From contig NC_133620.1 in NCBI RefSeq assembly GCF_048593235.1, positions 454,985,261 through 455,049,260 on the forward strand: 64,000 bases of DNA, given 5' to 3'. A program made the translations under genes and the position numbers. This document shows positions 1 to 11,859 of this stretch, piece after piece (positions within the stretch are counted from its first letter, which is position 1; each line of letters opens with the position of its first letter). The DNA is from Sminthopsis crassicaudata. Taxonomy: Eukaryota. Under the pieces are notes generated by a model. The model ran no database searches and had not been told where the DNA came from. It was given only the letters and a program-made list of their open reading frames with translations.

Positions 1-385
1 ACGGAGTTCAAATCCTGCCTTAGACATTGACTAACTCTGTGACCCTGAGCATTTCAGCCTCAGTTTCCTCATCTGTAAAATGGAGAGAATAGCAGCCCGC
101 TCGTAGAGTTCTTGGGAGGATGCAATGAGATCATTGTCAAGGTCTTTGCAAATCTGAAGGCACCAAAGAAGTGCTGACCATCACCATCATCCTTATTAAA
201 ATCTCTCTCAACTTCAGCTTCCTCATCTGTAGAATGGGTATCTGATTGTTCCTTTCTCCACAGATTTGAGCATCACATGAGACAGAAAATGCTTTGTGAA
301 CCTTAATTCACAAACTGCCTAGAGGCATCATTTTATACTCGTATGTGTGTGTATAATATTATTACATATTACATGTACATTATTA

Positions 386-524
386 TTTTTTCCTGAGGCT
401 GGGGTTAAGTGCCTTCCCAGGGTCACACAGCCAGGAAGTGTTAAGTGTCTGAGACCAGATGTGAACTCGGGTCCTCCTGAATTCAGGGCTGGTGCTCTAT
501 CCACTGCGCCCCCTAGCTGCCCCC
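386..524 (-). mobile_element. WSINE1-like tRNA-derived marsupial SINE
   Basis: Reverse complement reads GGGGCAGCTAGG...CAGTGGATAGAGCACCAGCCCTGAATTCAGGAGGACCCGAGTTCA. It has an A-tail and a degenerate ATGTA(C/T)ATTATTATT target-site duplication (TSD). Confidence 0.85.
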
Positions 525-916
525 TTATGTATATTATTATTATTGTTAAGACACCTAACAGGAGCTTCCATCTCCTTCTCTATAAACCAGGGCTAATGAC
601 GCCACTTGCACCTCCGGGAGAGCCCTCGGACCAGGTGAAAATACTAATAAAATGTAAATGAATGCACGACTGGGGACCTCCCCTCCGAAAAAAGGAAGTG
701 GCAAAGCAGAGCTGAAGGGGAGGGGACCCCGCCTAGCCTTTAGTCTGGCAGGCCCCGAGAATGCAGAGGGCTCCGAGGCCGGCGGCGGGGGCCCGAGGCG
801 CAGCTCTCTCCCAGCCCGAGCCCCCCCTGCTCAGGAGGGAGGCAGCCAGGCGGCCGGAGCTGCGCGAGCACCCTCAGCAGGGGGGGCGGGGCCGGCCGGG
901 GGCGGGGCCGCCTCAC

Positions 917-1039
917 CTGCTCCCGGGCTCACCCTCCGTGCCCAGCATCTTGGCCTTGATCTTCCTCCTCTGCTTCTTCACGGTGGACTTCATGGCGCTG
1001 AGCAGGAGCCCAGGGACCCGGCGGTCCGTCAGCAGCTCC
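917..1039 (-). pseudogene. RILP: Duplicated orphan RILP exon (copy of RILP exon 5, 15801-15923)
   Basis: 123-nt exon encoding (R)ELLTDRRVPGLLLSAMKSTVKKQRRKIKAKMLGTEGEPGS. Acceptor (cccttccag) and donor (gtgagg) are intact. One R>K difference from the parent copy. No upstream RILP exons precede it. Confidence 0.9.
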
Positions 1040-1719
1040 CTGGAAGGGAGAGAGCAGGGCCCTCAGTCTGCAGCTGGCTCCCCTCTGGTGAAGGAGGCTG
1101 GGAGAAGCTGCCCCGAGCTCCGGGATCCCGGGGCCAGCTCTGCCGCCCAGTGAGGGCAAAGGAAGCCTGTGAGTGCCCCCTGCCGTGGCTTTTGGTCGGT
1201 CCTCGGTAATGCGAGGGAGCCCTAGCTGGGAAAGAGAATCGCCAAGTTGTAGCACAGGCAAATTGGGGAATCTGGCTGCCTTCTAAAATGACCTTGAAGG
1301 CCCCTCCAGCTGGAAACCCATGATCCTGGCCATCCTTCCCTTGGAAGGACTGCTGAAACGCACCTGCTTTCTCCAGCCAATCTGTCCCTCTGCGATTTGT
1401 GTCTCGTTTTTTGCTCCTTGGACAAGGTCTTCTCCATTTCTGGGTTGTAGGTTTCTAGTCCCCATCTCTCGATCCGCCTCCCCTCATGCTCCCCCGCCCG
1501 CACCTTGACCATCCCCAGTGCCTTGCCCCTCAGTAATGGCTATTTGGATGGATGAGTAAAGGCAGAAAGGAAGGAATCCTGTTTTTGTTTTCCTGGGGGA
1601 GTTCCAGAGGGAGGAAGATAGCCTGCCTGGGTCCCCAACCTGCTTGTGGCAATCATTGGGCAGAGATCCCAAGCTGACTCCAGAAAGAAGGACTCCACCA
1701 TTGGCTCAGCCCATAGCCT

Positions 1720-1725
1720 TTTATT
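1720..1725 (-). terminator. SCARF1 polyadenylation signal AATAAA
   Basis: AATAAA on the minus strand ~95 nt after the SCARF1 stop codon. Confidence 0.7.
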
Positions 1726-1820
1726 AGGGCAGAAGTATGCCCACTTGGCCCAGTCCTGCTGCCAAGTCCCTTTCCCAGCCTCCCCTCCTAGGTCCCCCCC
1801 TCCATTCCCCCTCGGAGACC

Positions 1821-4800
1821 TCAGGAATTCGAGGTGCCAGAGCCAGGTTTGACATTCTCATACTGGGGCTCCTCCTCGACAACTTTTTCAGCCTCCTCCA
1901 CCTCGGAAAGCTCATCCCCTGCAGCTGCTTCCACGGTGCCACCCGGGCTCTTGGCGCCATCATCCCCCAGCCCGCCGGTGGTCTCCTGGCTGCCTTCACT
2001 GGGCGCTGGCGTTTCACAGAGCTCCAGGCACCGAGGTGAGTCGGGGCTGGGGGCGGGGGAAGGGATCAAGGTGCCCTTATCCCGGCTCAGGGCCCGGCGA
2101 GGAGGCTTAGAAATGCCGCCCTTGGTCTTGGCCTCCGCCCGGCCCTTCTGGAAGCTGCCAAAGCGTCGCAGGACTGCCCGCACGGGCCCCTCGGCTCCCT
2201 TGGGAGTCCCTGCTAACATGTAGATGGTGGTCACAGGGCCTGGGCTACCCCTGTTACCGCTCTCGATGGCCTCTACCCTCTGGGCCACAGTCCTGCCCCC
2301 AAGAGGAAGCCTCCGGTGGTCGGCAGACACATCCCCCTGAGCAGCAGCAGTGTTGGGAGGCTCTTGGGAACCAGACTGCGGGTCCTCTGGCTCTGGAGCA
2401 CCCGGAGGCCCCTGAGCTTCCTGCCCCTCAGCTTGGGCCTGGGCTGGCCGGGATAGCCGCTTGGGCTTCCTCAAGGGGCTGGCCAGCTCCCCAGAGTCCT
2501 GGGAGTTTTGGGGCCCAAACTTGGTTCCTTCAGCAAAGGAGACGGATGGCCGCTTGGCTCGGGCCAGGCTGGAAGTTCGTGGGATGGCAAAAGGCGTGGA
2601 AGGCTCATCTGGTGCAGAGAAAGCTTTCCCTGCCTCGTGGGCCTCTCGCAGTTCCTCGTCTGTTAAAGGATGATGGCTAAGGGAGGAAGGAAAGGAGACC
2701 CGGACCCCAACCCCCTCTACCCCCAACAGCCGCTTTTCCCTGCTTCTCCTACCCTCAGTTTCTTTCCTTATTATGTCCCAACCTCAAGCTTAACAAAGGC
2801 TCCCGAGAAGGGGAGGAGAAGAAACTAAGGGTGAAGGGGGTGGAGGGAGGGTAGGCTGAGCCTGGGACTAGGTGGGCAGGGGGTCTTGGGAGGGCCGTAC
2901 CTTGTTGGGGAGGCACGCAGTAAGCCGGCCCCTCATCCTCTTCCCCAGAGTCGGGGTCAGAGGAGAAAGAGTCATCGGAGGCCCAGCCAGCAGACGGGGG
3001 CTCAATGAAGCTGTGATTGAAGGGGATCTCCGCGTCATGGTGGGACACTGTGGGGAGAGCCAGATGAGCAGACCAGCAGGGAGCACCTTCCCCACCCAGG
3101 CTCCCCCCTCCGGGCCCTCCTACCTGTGACCCTGGGCAGCTTGTGGTTGCTGAGAGAGCCACAGGGCAGTGCCGAGCCCAGGCTGCTCAGGGCCCCTCTG
3201 ACCTGCAGCTTGACTCGGGACACGGCAGCCCCATCCCTGGCCGGCCTGAGGACAGAGAGAGGAAGGTCAGATGGAGAAAGCCCGGCTGGGAGCAATCCTG
3301 GAAAACAACTTTCCCTCCCTCCAATAACACGCAGAGTCTATTGGGGAAAGCTCTTATCCTTTCCCTCCCATGCTCAAAAACACTCAATGGCTTCCCATTC
3401 CTTCTAGGAGAAAGCTCCAACTTCATAGATTGCCATTCAAAGCTTTCCCAGCCTTCCTTCCAGTGGCTCCCCTGGAGGAAGCCTGGACAACTCTGAACCT
3501 TTGCGCTGTCCCTGCCACCCAGAGCGCCGCCTCCTGCCAGGCAAGGGCCCCTTCCGGGATCAGAAGCGCTCTGTCTGTCTGGATTCCCAGGGCACTTTGC
3601 TGACACCTTGTCCTACTCAGGCATCCAGGGCAGGGAAGGGATTTTCCTTCCCTCCAGTCATTCTCTGGCTCTTCTTCTATTACGTTTAAAGCCTCTGCAA
3701 GCGGCCTGGCTTCCTATGTCCTTGTGTCTCCTTCAGGGCCTACTTCTGGTCTGAACGCATGAATCCCAGAAATGGGGCCAGGAGATCTGATCCAGCTCCA
3801 GCCAAAATTGGCTGCATCACCTTGGACAGATCATATGCCCTTTATTTGTAAAATAGAGCAAATGATTCCTGCCTCCCTCACAGGGTTTGGGGGAGCTTAA
3901 AACGGCTCAAGCAGATCAAGTCCTGCTTGAGAAAGGAAAAACCTCAATCTCCAAGTTCCCTGGCAGCCAAATGTGCTCCCTCAGCCTTGGGCCCTCCCTC
4001 CTCCCACAGTATCACCTAGGGAGATATCTAGACTTGTGCAAAATGATTCCGTGAATGAGCTCCTGTCATTGGCTTTTACTCTACCAATTCTTCCTTGGAA
4101 ATCCCTATCCTTTGCTAACACTTATTTGGTTATATGACAATGTTTTCTGTCTCCATTTGTAAAATGGAGATAGTCTTACTGATAGTCCTTGCTTATCTGA
4201 CTGGCCAATTGGGAGGGAAGTGCTCCATCCAAGTTAAAATGCTACATGGACTGTGATACCTAGCTTTAAAGCCAGTGGAGAGGATTTCTAATCTTTCTCT
4301 TCTCTGGGAGAGTCAGGGACTGTCCCAGAGCGCCGCACCCCAGTGCACCCGATTGAGTTCCCCCCACACTGGTACTGAGGGCTTGCAAATCCGGGGGCTT
4401 GGCTTTGGGAAGAGAAAGGGAGCCCTCCAGCAAGCCCCTGGAGACTCTGGCCCACAAGGGCTCCATCTTCCCCTTCCCAGGGAGCTGGGAGTTCCTTAAG
4501 TAAAGGAAGGCAGGTAGTCTTAGAGAGACATGGGGTCATAAGGGTGTCCCTTGCCCTTCCAGGGCCTTTGGGTGAGATCTGGGACTTTCTCTCCCGGCCC
4601 CTCATGCTCTTCCCCAGAGTTGGGGAATTGTCCGGCTCCTAACAGGGCTCTTCCTTCACTCTGTACTGCCCGGCTTCTGTTCTCCTCTTTATACTCTTCT
4701 CTCCTCCTTTCCTTTCCCAGTGTCCTGATCCTAACCAGCATCTCCCCTCCTGCACCCCTCCCCCGCCCAGGTGCACCATGAGCCCTGACTGTGATCAACC

Positions 4801-7800
4801 CCCAGGGGAAGAGACCTGTCCTTGGGGTCGGGCTGAGCCGCCCAGCAGCAGCAGGAGACGCAGGCCACGATGGCCAGTAGCAGCAGCAGCAGCGGGACCA
4901 GGATGCCGGCCAGGAGGGCGCCCTGGCCAGGGAACCCTTTGGGGAAGAAGACACCGTTGGGGGGGGGGAATTTGTGAGGTCTCTAACCCCTCTAATCTGG
5001 CCTCAGCTAACTCCTGCCCTCTGATTTCCCTCTGGGTCTCTAGTCACACCTGTCCCCCTACTCTCCCAGAGAGCAAGGGGACTCCAAGAGTCCTGCCCTC
5101 CCCTTTATCCCTTATCTCCCAATTAAAGAGCTAGAATTTCATAAATAAAGGGAATCCTGTCCTCGGGGCAAATTGCCTCCTTAGGACGCTTTAAGAAAAA
5201 GAATTCAGTTGGGAGGGAGCTGTTTACTTATCTCATTTGAGCCTCACCACTACCCCTGGGAGCAAGGTGCTTTTATTCCCATTTTACAGAAGAGAGGAGT
5301 CTCCTTTTACCACTAATTATTCTGGCTAATTCTCTGCTGTAGAAAATCTTGTAAATGCCCTTAAATTCCAGCACCCTAGAGCAAAGCCCCAGTTGCCCCA
5401 CTCTAGTTATTGATAAGTCTGGGCTCAAAGCCTTGAAAACTCTGAATATAAGAGTATTCACTTTTCAAGTTTCATTTGCATCACTTTCCTAAGTCTAGAC
5501 ACTAAGGACAACAAATCCAGGCCTGTTTTATTGTAGCCTTTGCTTATTTCTGAGATGTAAATGCTTAACTTGAAAATTTAACAAATGGCTCTCGAGAGCC
5601 AGGGTGAGCTAGTTCCAGCATGCTCTAGTCTAACATATGTCCCTATTTGCTGTATTAGGAATATAGAAGTCATAGGATTGTTCTAAAGATAATTCTGACA
5701 TCACAGACCCCCCTGAAAGGGTCTTGGAGATCCCCAGGACCCCAGACCACACTTTGAGAACCAGGCTGTCTCCATCCCACAGTTTACTCTTCAATTAGAG
5801 ACTGTTTCTACTGATACTTTCATTGCTCTGTGGGTTTGTCTTAACTCCTCGAAGAGACCGTAAGATCATGTGGGCCGGGGTCAGCAGTTCTTACAGCATT
5901 TGACTAGGGAAGGGCAGTATCGCCTAATGGGTAGGGTACAGCATTTAAAGATTCTGAATCCTGCTTTAGATACTTCACTTGGTGTGTGTCCACTAAACTT
6001 TTCTGAGACTCAGTTCCCTCATCTGCAAAATGGGGTTGATAGTAATCACCTTCTAGGATCCAGTGAGGATCCTGTGAAATCATATCCATAAAAGGTTTTT
6101 GTCAGCTTCAAAGGGTGATAGAAATTGCCCCCTTCCCTGGTCACCGGCTAGCACCAGATTGGGACGTGTAAGAGCTAGAAGGAGTCCAAGAGATCATCTA
6201 GCCCGATCCACACCTTCTGCTTTACATAGGAGGAAACTGAGGCCTAAAAAAGGCATTAACTCCCCTAGGGTCATCCAGGGAGGACCTGGACATAATATAA
6301 TTATGTTGCCCTTAGAGTTTAGCACAATATAAGAGCTTGGCCCACACGGCTACAGAAAGGGTCCCAGCTTTGGAGTTATGGGACCTCGATTCAGTTTCCC
6401 CCTCAGGTCCGTCAGGCACATCATGCCTCCTTCCCTGGGCTAGTTGGCTCTGGGGTTCCCCCAGCTCCGAGAAGTAACGGAATTACTGCTTCCCTAGACC
6501 AGGGAAGTGGGTCTGACATCACCTGTGTGTTTATGAAGCGCTTCTCAGAAGCGGCTAAGGTGTCACAGGGAGAATTTTGGACTTACAGAAAGACCTGAGT
6601 TCAAATCCTATATTAGACTTTTATTAGTTGTGTGACCCTGGGTGAATCTCACCTCTCTTTTTGCCTCAGTTTCTCCATCTGCAAAATGGGGATAATAGCA
6701 CCTCCTCCCCAGGGTTGTGAAAATCCCAGAGTCCTACATAAATGCTAGCTACTGTTATTCCTTGAGAAGGAGGCTGACTGCTCTTTTCTCCCTTCTGCTG
6801 TGCCAGTCTTACCAAGTTCACAGGTCCCAGAAGCAGGGTGGCAGGGCCCCTCTGGGCACAGGCAGGGGGAAGAACAGTTGACTCCGTAGAAGCCGAGGGG
6901 GCAGGAGGCATTGCAGCTGTAGAGGAAGAGGAGGAAGGAGTTTTCAGACAGGCATCTAGAGAGAGCATCTCTGGGCCCGGCTCCCCTGTCCTGCCCATCT
7001 CACCTGGGCCCCCCAGTAGCCCAACCTGCAGATACACTCTCCAGTCACAGCATCGCAGTTGCCCTCGACACAGGGTGGGCACAGTGACCCACAGGCCTCC
7101 CCAAAGGTGCCAGGAGCACAGGGCTCTTCACACCTGGGGAGAGATGGGACCCCGAGGTCAGAAAGGGTGCTCAAAGGCCTTCAGCTTCCACCCTTTTGCA
7201 GATGAGGAAACTGAGGCAGAGACAGAAGTAAAATTACTTGCCAAGGGTTACATCACTATTAACTAAGACAGGACTTGAATTCAGGCTTTCCTAACTCCAA
7301 GGGTAGCATTCCAGCTACTCAACCAAAGACCCCCCCACAATGTACCCCACTTCTCTGGGTCTGCCTAGGTCCTCAGGCGAGTAGATCTTCTCCATTACAG
7401 GGAAGTGGGGGACAGTGGAAATGAAGGGGGGACTACCCCTCAGGAGGAAGTTGTCAGAGGACCCATATTTGGTCCGGTCCTGCTCAGTCTTAGGGGCATC
7501 TATAAGGGCATCTCTTACCTGGGCCCCATCAGGCCTGGGTCACAGTGTTGGCAGTGCCCACTCTCTGGCTGGCAAGCCTCACCTTGCCGACACTGGGGGC
7601 AGAGCTGCCCACACTTCTCCCCGTGGGTGCCCGGTGGGCACGGCTGATCGCAGTGAGTTCCATTCCAGCCGGGCTCACAGGCCAGACAGGTCCCCGTATC
7701 AGGAGAGCAGGGCTGGTTGTGTCTGCAGTGGCCACAGCTGGGGGACAGAGGACAGGGAGAGGGAAGAGGGGAATTGTAGATGTAGATTTCCCAGCCTGCC

Positions 7801-10800
7801 CTGCTTCACAGGCCCCCGACAAGCCTGTCTGCTTCCACCCTGTCCTGGTCCTGCTCTCTCACCCCCTCCTGTCTGCCAGCCACTGGGGAATGCTCCATTA
7901 AATCAAAGTATATGAATGCTAAGGAAATAATATTTCTTGTGCCATAAGAAATGACAAAAGGGATGCTCTTCAGAGACGGAAACTGAGGTAAGAATGGGGA
8001 GAGCCCGGAGAAACATTTATACCCTAAGTACAATGAAAACCCGAAGATCTCGGACTGCCACAATGGCTGCCCAGTCAGCCAGGCCCCCATCTCCTGACCG
8101 ATGGGAATCAAGGGAAAGACGAGACCAATAAAAGAATTCGTTTTGTTGGAGCGTGCATATGTTGCAAAAATTGTTTTGTTTTTGAGGAAGGAAAGAGAGA
8201 AACTAAATCTTGTCGACTGGAAAAATAAAAGATCTTGGAAAAAAGGATCCCGAGGATTGGTGAAACTGGAACGAGATTTTTTGGAAATTTTTGGATAAAA
8301 GAACAATTTGCTAATTAATCTCAAAAATGGAGAAAGAACCCCATCCGAATCTTGTCCTCATACGGGACCCAGCAAGAGATGAAACACAGAAAGCGAATAG
8401 AGTTGCTTCTATTGATGTTTACTGTTGTTCCTATTAAAATATTCCTTTTTCTTCTTTTTAAAGCGAGAGGAGCTCACTACCTGCCGGGATGTCCAGTCCC
8501 TTTTAGACAAACCATCGTTAAATCTCTTCCCAATGAAGCTTCTCTCTCTGTTCCCTGATCTCTCATCAATAAGAATTTCTTACATGTCCTATGGGCCAAA
8601 CACTGTGCTAAGGGAATGAAATGCAAGGCGAAAGCACGCTCCCTGCCGTCAAGGAATGCTCTGTGCTTCTGCAACGTGCAAAGCACTTAGTGCAAAAATA
8701 ATCTCGGGCAAATTGAGCTTGGGTGCTGAGGGAACAAGCGAGTCTGGTTACTGTGGCCAGTTCCCCCTTCTGTCCCTTCCTCTTCCCCCCCATCCCTCTG
8801 ACCTCCTCCCCTCTCCTCTACCCTGGAGGCCTCCCTCCTCTGGCCCTCCCGGCCCTGGCTCCTCACCTGCTCTGGCACTGGACCCCATAGCGGCCCGGGG
8901 GGCAGGCCTGCTCGCAGAAGGGGCCCTGGTAGCCTGGGTGGCAGCTGCAGTGCCCGTTGGCGGGATTGCAGTGGCCATGCTGGCAGGTGCAGCGTTTCTG
9001 GCACTCGGGGCCCCACCAGCCCGTCCGGCAGAGGCAGCGGCCGGTGTTCTGCTCACAGGGGGAGTGGTGGCAAGAGCAGCGGAAGCTGCAGCGCCTGCCC
9101 CACCAGCCCGGCTCGCACTGGCAGGCCCCGGTCATCTGGTCGCAGCCCAGGGAGTAGGAGCTGCACTGGCAGGCCTTGCGGCACGTGGCCGTCCACCAGC
9201 CGGGCTCGCAGCGGCAGGCTCCCGTCAGGGGGTTGCAGTGCCCGTGGAGGCCGCACGGACACAGGAACTGGCAGTTGGTGCCCCAGTGGTCACTGTTGCA
9301 GGTACACTGGCCTGTGACGGCGTCGCACTGCCCATTGGGGTGGCAGGGGCAGTTCTCCCGGCAGTCGGAGCCCCAGTACTGGCCAGGGCAGCCTAAGACA
9401 GAGATGGGCTTGGGGTCGGGGGGAGCAGAGGGGTGGGAGGCGGTACCTACCCCCCAGGTGCCCAGAGAGTCATGTGATCACAGTATTTAGGAGGGGAAGG
9501 GACCCCTAAACTTTGACCCGGAGAGGTTACATTACTGAGGGAAGAGATCCAAGCTGCTTCAACCGGAGCTCCTTCTAGCGCCCAGCCCTAGCCCTCCTGT
9601 ACCGCCAGCTCCCGTCCCTTTCCCGAAGCTTCCCGGAGCCCACCCTTCACCACCATCGCCTCTCCATTTCACAGAGGAGGGACCCGACCCAGGCAGCTGG
9701 ATCTCCCTGCCCAGCCCCCAGAGCAGCCAAGGAGGAGCTGAGAACAGCGGGACGGCTTCTGGGCCGCTGCTGCCGGGACCAGCGCCCATCACAGCCACGA
9801 TCCATCCATGGAGGATTTCCCTTCTCTTGGAAGGAGAGCTCGTATCTGCCCATCCCCCAGAGGAAAGGAGCGGGGGTGTCCGGTAACCGGCAGCCCAAGC
9901 TCAGCCCGACGCTGCGGGGTCCTGGGTCAGACCGGGGCTGCCATTTTTCTCTAGGCCTTCCCTCTGCAGTCTGATTCATGGCTGACACCTTGACCTCCAT
10001 CCGTCCCTCCTATCACGCCTCCATCCCTGCCTCCCAATTCCTGGTGACTCAGATCTTAAGTACCCTCCCTGATCTGTGACCCCCCTGCTGGTGCTTCCTC
10101 CCCACCCTTTCTAGCTCCTGGTCGGGACCGAGCGGCCCCCGGGTCCGGAGGCCTTCCCCTCTCTGCCCCCCCCCCTGCCCCGCCACCCCAGTGACTCACG
10201 GGAGCTGCACTGGGCCCCGAAGAAGCCCGGTTTGCATCGGCAGAGCCCTGGTTTCACACACACCTCTTCTTCCCCGCACGCGTCGGGCCCCTCACAGATT
10301 GCTGCAAGACAGGCCTGGTCAGACAAACTGGACGGGGCGGGGAGGAGGGGAAGAACACCCCGGGCCCCTCACTTCCTACTTGTGTCAGGGGGACCTTGCT
10401 TTCCAACCTGATACCAGCCTCTAGCAAAATCTTGGGTGCCCAGGAGGGCCTTAATAAGCTTGTTGACTGACTAGTGTCCCGGTAAAGGAGTCAGACACCA
10501 GTAAAGGGCTTTCTATAACCTGGGAGGGGGTAAACTGAGGCCAGTAAGATGGGGGCTACAGCCAAGGAGATGGGAATTGGCAGGGGCGGGGAGGGGCAAG
10601 CTGGTCCTGAGGGGTAACAACTCTTCTCTCTCACTGCTCAGGAGGGTTCTTCTCCCAGTGTGGGCCGGCCCCGAGCCCGGGCCCCAGAAGGTCCTTGGAT
10701 ACTCACGGACTGAGCACTCGCGGCCCTCCTGCCTCCAGCCTGGGCAGCACACAGATCCAGCAGGGGAGCTAATGGGCAGAGGCAGGGATGGGGGGGAGGC

Positions 10801-11379
10801 AATGACCAAATCAGGGACTGGGAACGGCCGGCATGGCGGTTTTGTCTCTGTGGTCATGGGGGTCGGGGTACACAGAGCACGGGGCTCCGAGGAGCTGCCT
10901 TTCGGCCTAGTCATCCAGGAAACGCTGGCTGCACACATGGCGCCTCCAGTCATTTCCAGCCCCCCAATAATCAGTTTTGTTGTGGGTATTCACAGACAGG
11001 GCTGTCTTGAAGCAGATCCCCCAATCACCCACCCCTTCCAAAAACAACTGGAGGTCTCCTCCTCTGCTCACACGGTCAGTAAGCCATCCCCCTTCCCACC
11101 TTCCCCACTCAGCTCCCCAAGCTCCTCCCTTCTCCTGATCCCCGACATCATTGCCCCCTTTTTCCCATTCCCCTCCTCCTCCAGCTCGAAAGCTCCTTCC
11201 CCCACTGACCCCAACACAAATCTCACTCTCCTTCTCACACCCTCCCTCCCAGCCACCCCCGCACCAATAATCCTCCCCTCGAACCTTCCATCTTGGCAAA
11301 CGTGCCTCCCCAGAGGGTCCAGCTCCAGCTCCCCCAAGACACCCCCAAGCCAGAGCAGGAGCAGCGGCCACGGCCCCAT
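1821..11379 (-). CDS. SCARF1: Scavenger receptor class F member 1 (SREC-I), 11 coding exons; +1 frameshift in exon 6 as assembled
   Basis: Exons: 11285-11379, 10707-10768, 10200-10301, 8867-9392, 7519-7737, 7004-7133, 6813-6916, 4816-4936, 3124-3245, 2901-3047, 1821-2659; all introns GT-AG. Signal peptide MGPWPLLLLWLGG, EGF-like repeats (CPGQYWG..., CEPGWWG...), TM segment LLAGILVPLLLLLLAIVACV, tail with PFAIPRTSSLARAKRPSVSFAEGTKF and EPQYENV. Exons sum to 2467 nt; removing one G at 7009-7014 gives 2466 nt (821 aa). Confidence 0.95.
5500..5765. mobile_element. Old hAT-type DNA transposon remnants
   Basis: Terminal-like motifs GAGAGCCAGGGTGAGCTAGTTCCAGCA and GACCACACTTTGAGAACCA resemble mammalian hAT MITE ends. 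Recognised by eye only. Confidence 0.4.
5940..6090 (+). mobile_element. MIR/CORE-SINE fragment
   Basis: CORE motif CTCAGTTCCCTCATCTGCAAAATGGGG. Similar fragments occur at 1-110, 6560-6760, 7190-7320, 35400-35840, 43420-43640, 55020-55150 and 61250-61380. Confidence 0.7.
7900..8520 (+). mobile_element. Decayed L1 ORF1-like (possibly HAL1-type) relic in SCARF1 intron 4
   Basis: Frame-broken motifs in ORF1 order: DALQRRKLR (cf. ENRSRRNNLR), KTRPIKEF, and IKDLGKKDPEDW*NWNEIF, which matches marsupial L1 ORF1 TQDLAASTLKDRRAWNMIF at DL, D, WN and IF with the same spacing. Confidence 0.45.
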
Positions 11380-11859
11380 AGCGGCCAGTGCTGACTCCGG
11401 TCAGTCTAACTCTGCCCCCCCTTCTCACTCCCATCCCCCTCCTTATTTCCTCCCAAGGCTTTTCCTGAGGAAGCTGCCAACGGGGCCCTCCCTCCCCGGC
11501 GTGAGGGGTGGGAACAATGAAACAACCGGCCTTCCCTGGGGGTAGGAAAGTAACGGGCCAGGAGCCTCTGCTGGGAGTGGGGGCTCCCCTTGGGAGTCTG
11601 AGGCAGGGAGGCCTGACAGTAAATAGAAGAGGGAATCCGTTAAATCAAGCAGAGGAGTGAAGAAGACGGGAAAAGGAAATCCCCTTTTTTCATAAGCTCT
11701 TTGAGGGCAGAAATGGACTCGGTGTTTGGCCCATAGCAGGGCCAGGCCTAGTTGGACGGATTCCTTGGAGAGGTGGACGTCTATGGGGAGGAACATCACA
11801 TACACTGTCCGACTATGGTGGATGTGCTGTCGTTAAACAGAGTCCTTGGTCTTATTTTT

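Larger units (their letters stand above)
1..1254. other. Duplicated segment, copy A (direct repeat of 14887-16138; left end lies outside the window)
   Basis: Manual base-by-base comparison found about 11 substitutions and 5 indel events in 1254 nt. Identity stops after ...GCCAAGTTGTAGCA (1254 / 16138). Confidence 0.97.

Noticed and set aside
347-661. 104-aa and 82-aa ORFs repeated at 347 and 15300
   Set aside because: Translations through the duplicated SINE and intron, not genes.
7900-8520. Organellar (plastid/NUMT) or viral insertion, and the 172-aa minus-strand ORF
   Set aside because: No organellar or viral protein is recognisable. The Phe-rich ORF reflects base composition, and L1 ORF1-like motifs on the + strand explain the segment better.
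8656-9396. 246-aa + strand ORF and many other antisense ORFs over SCARF1, RILP, PRPF8 and TLCD2 exons
   Set aside because: Shadows of GC-rich coding exons on the opposite strand.
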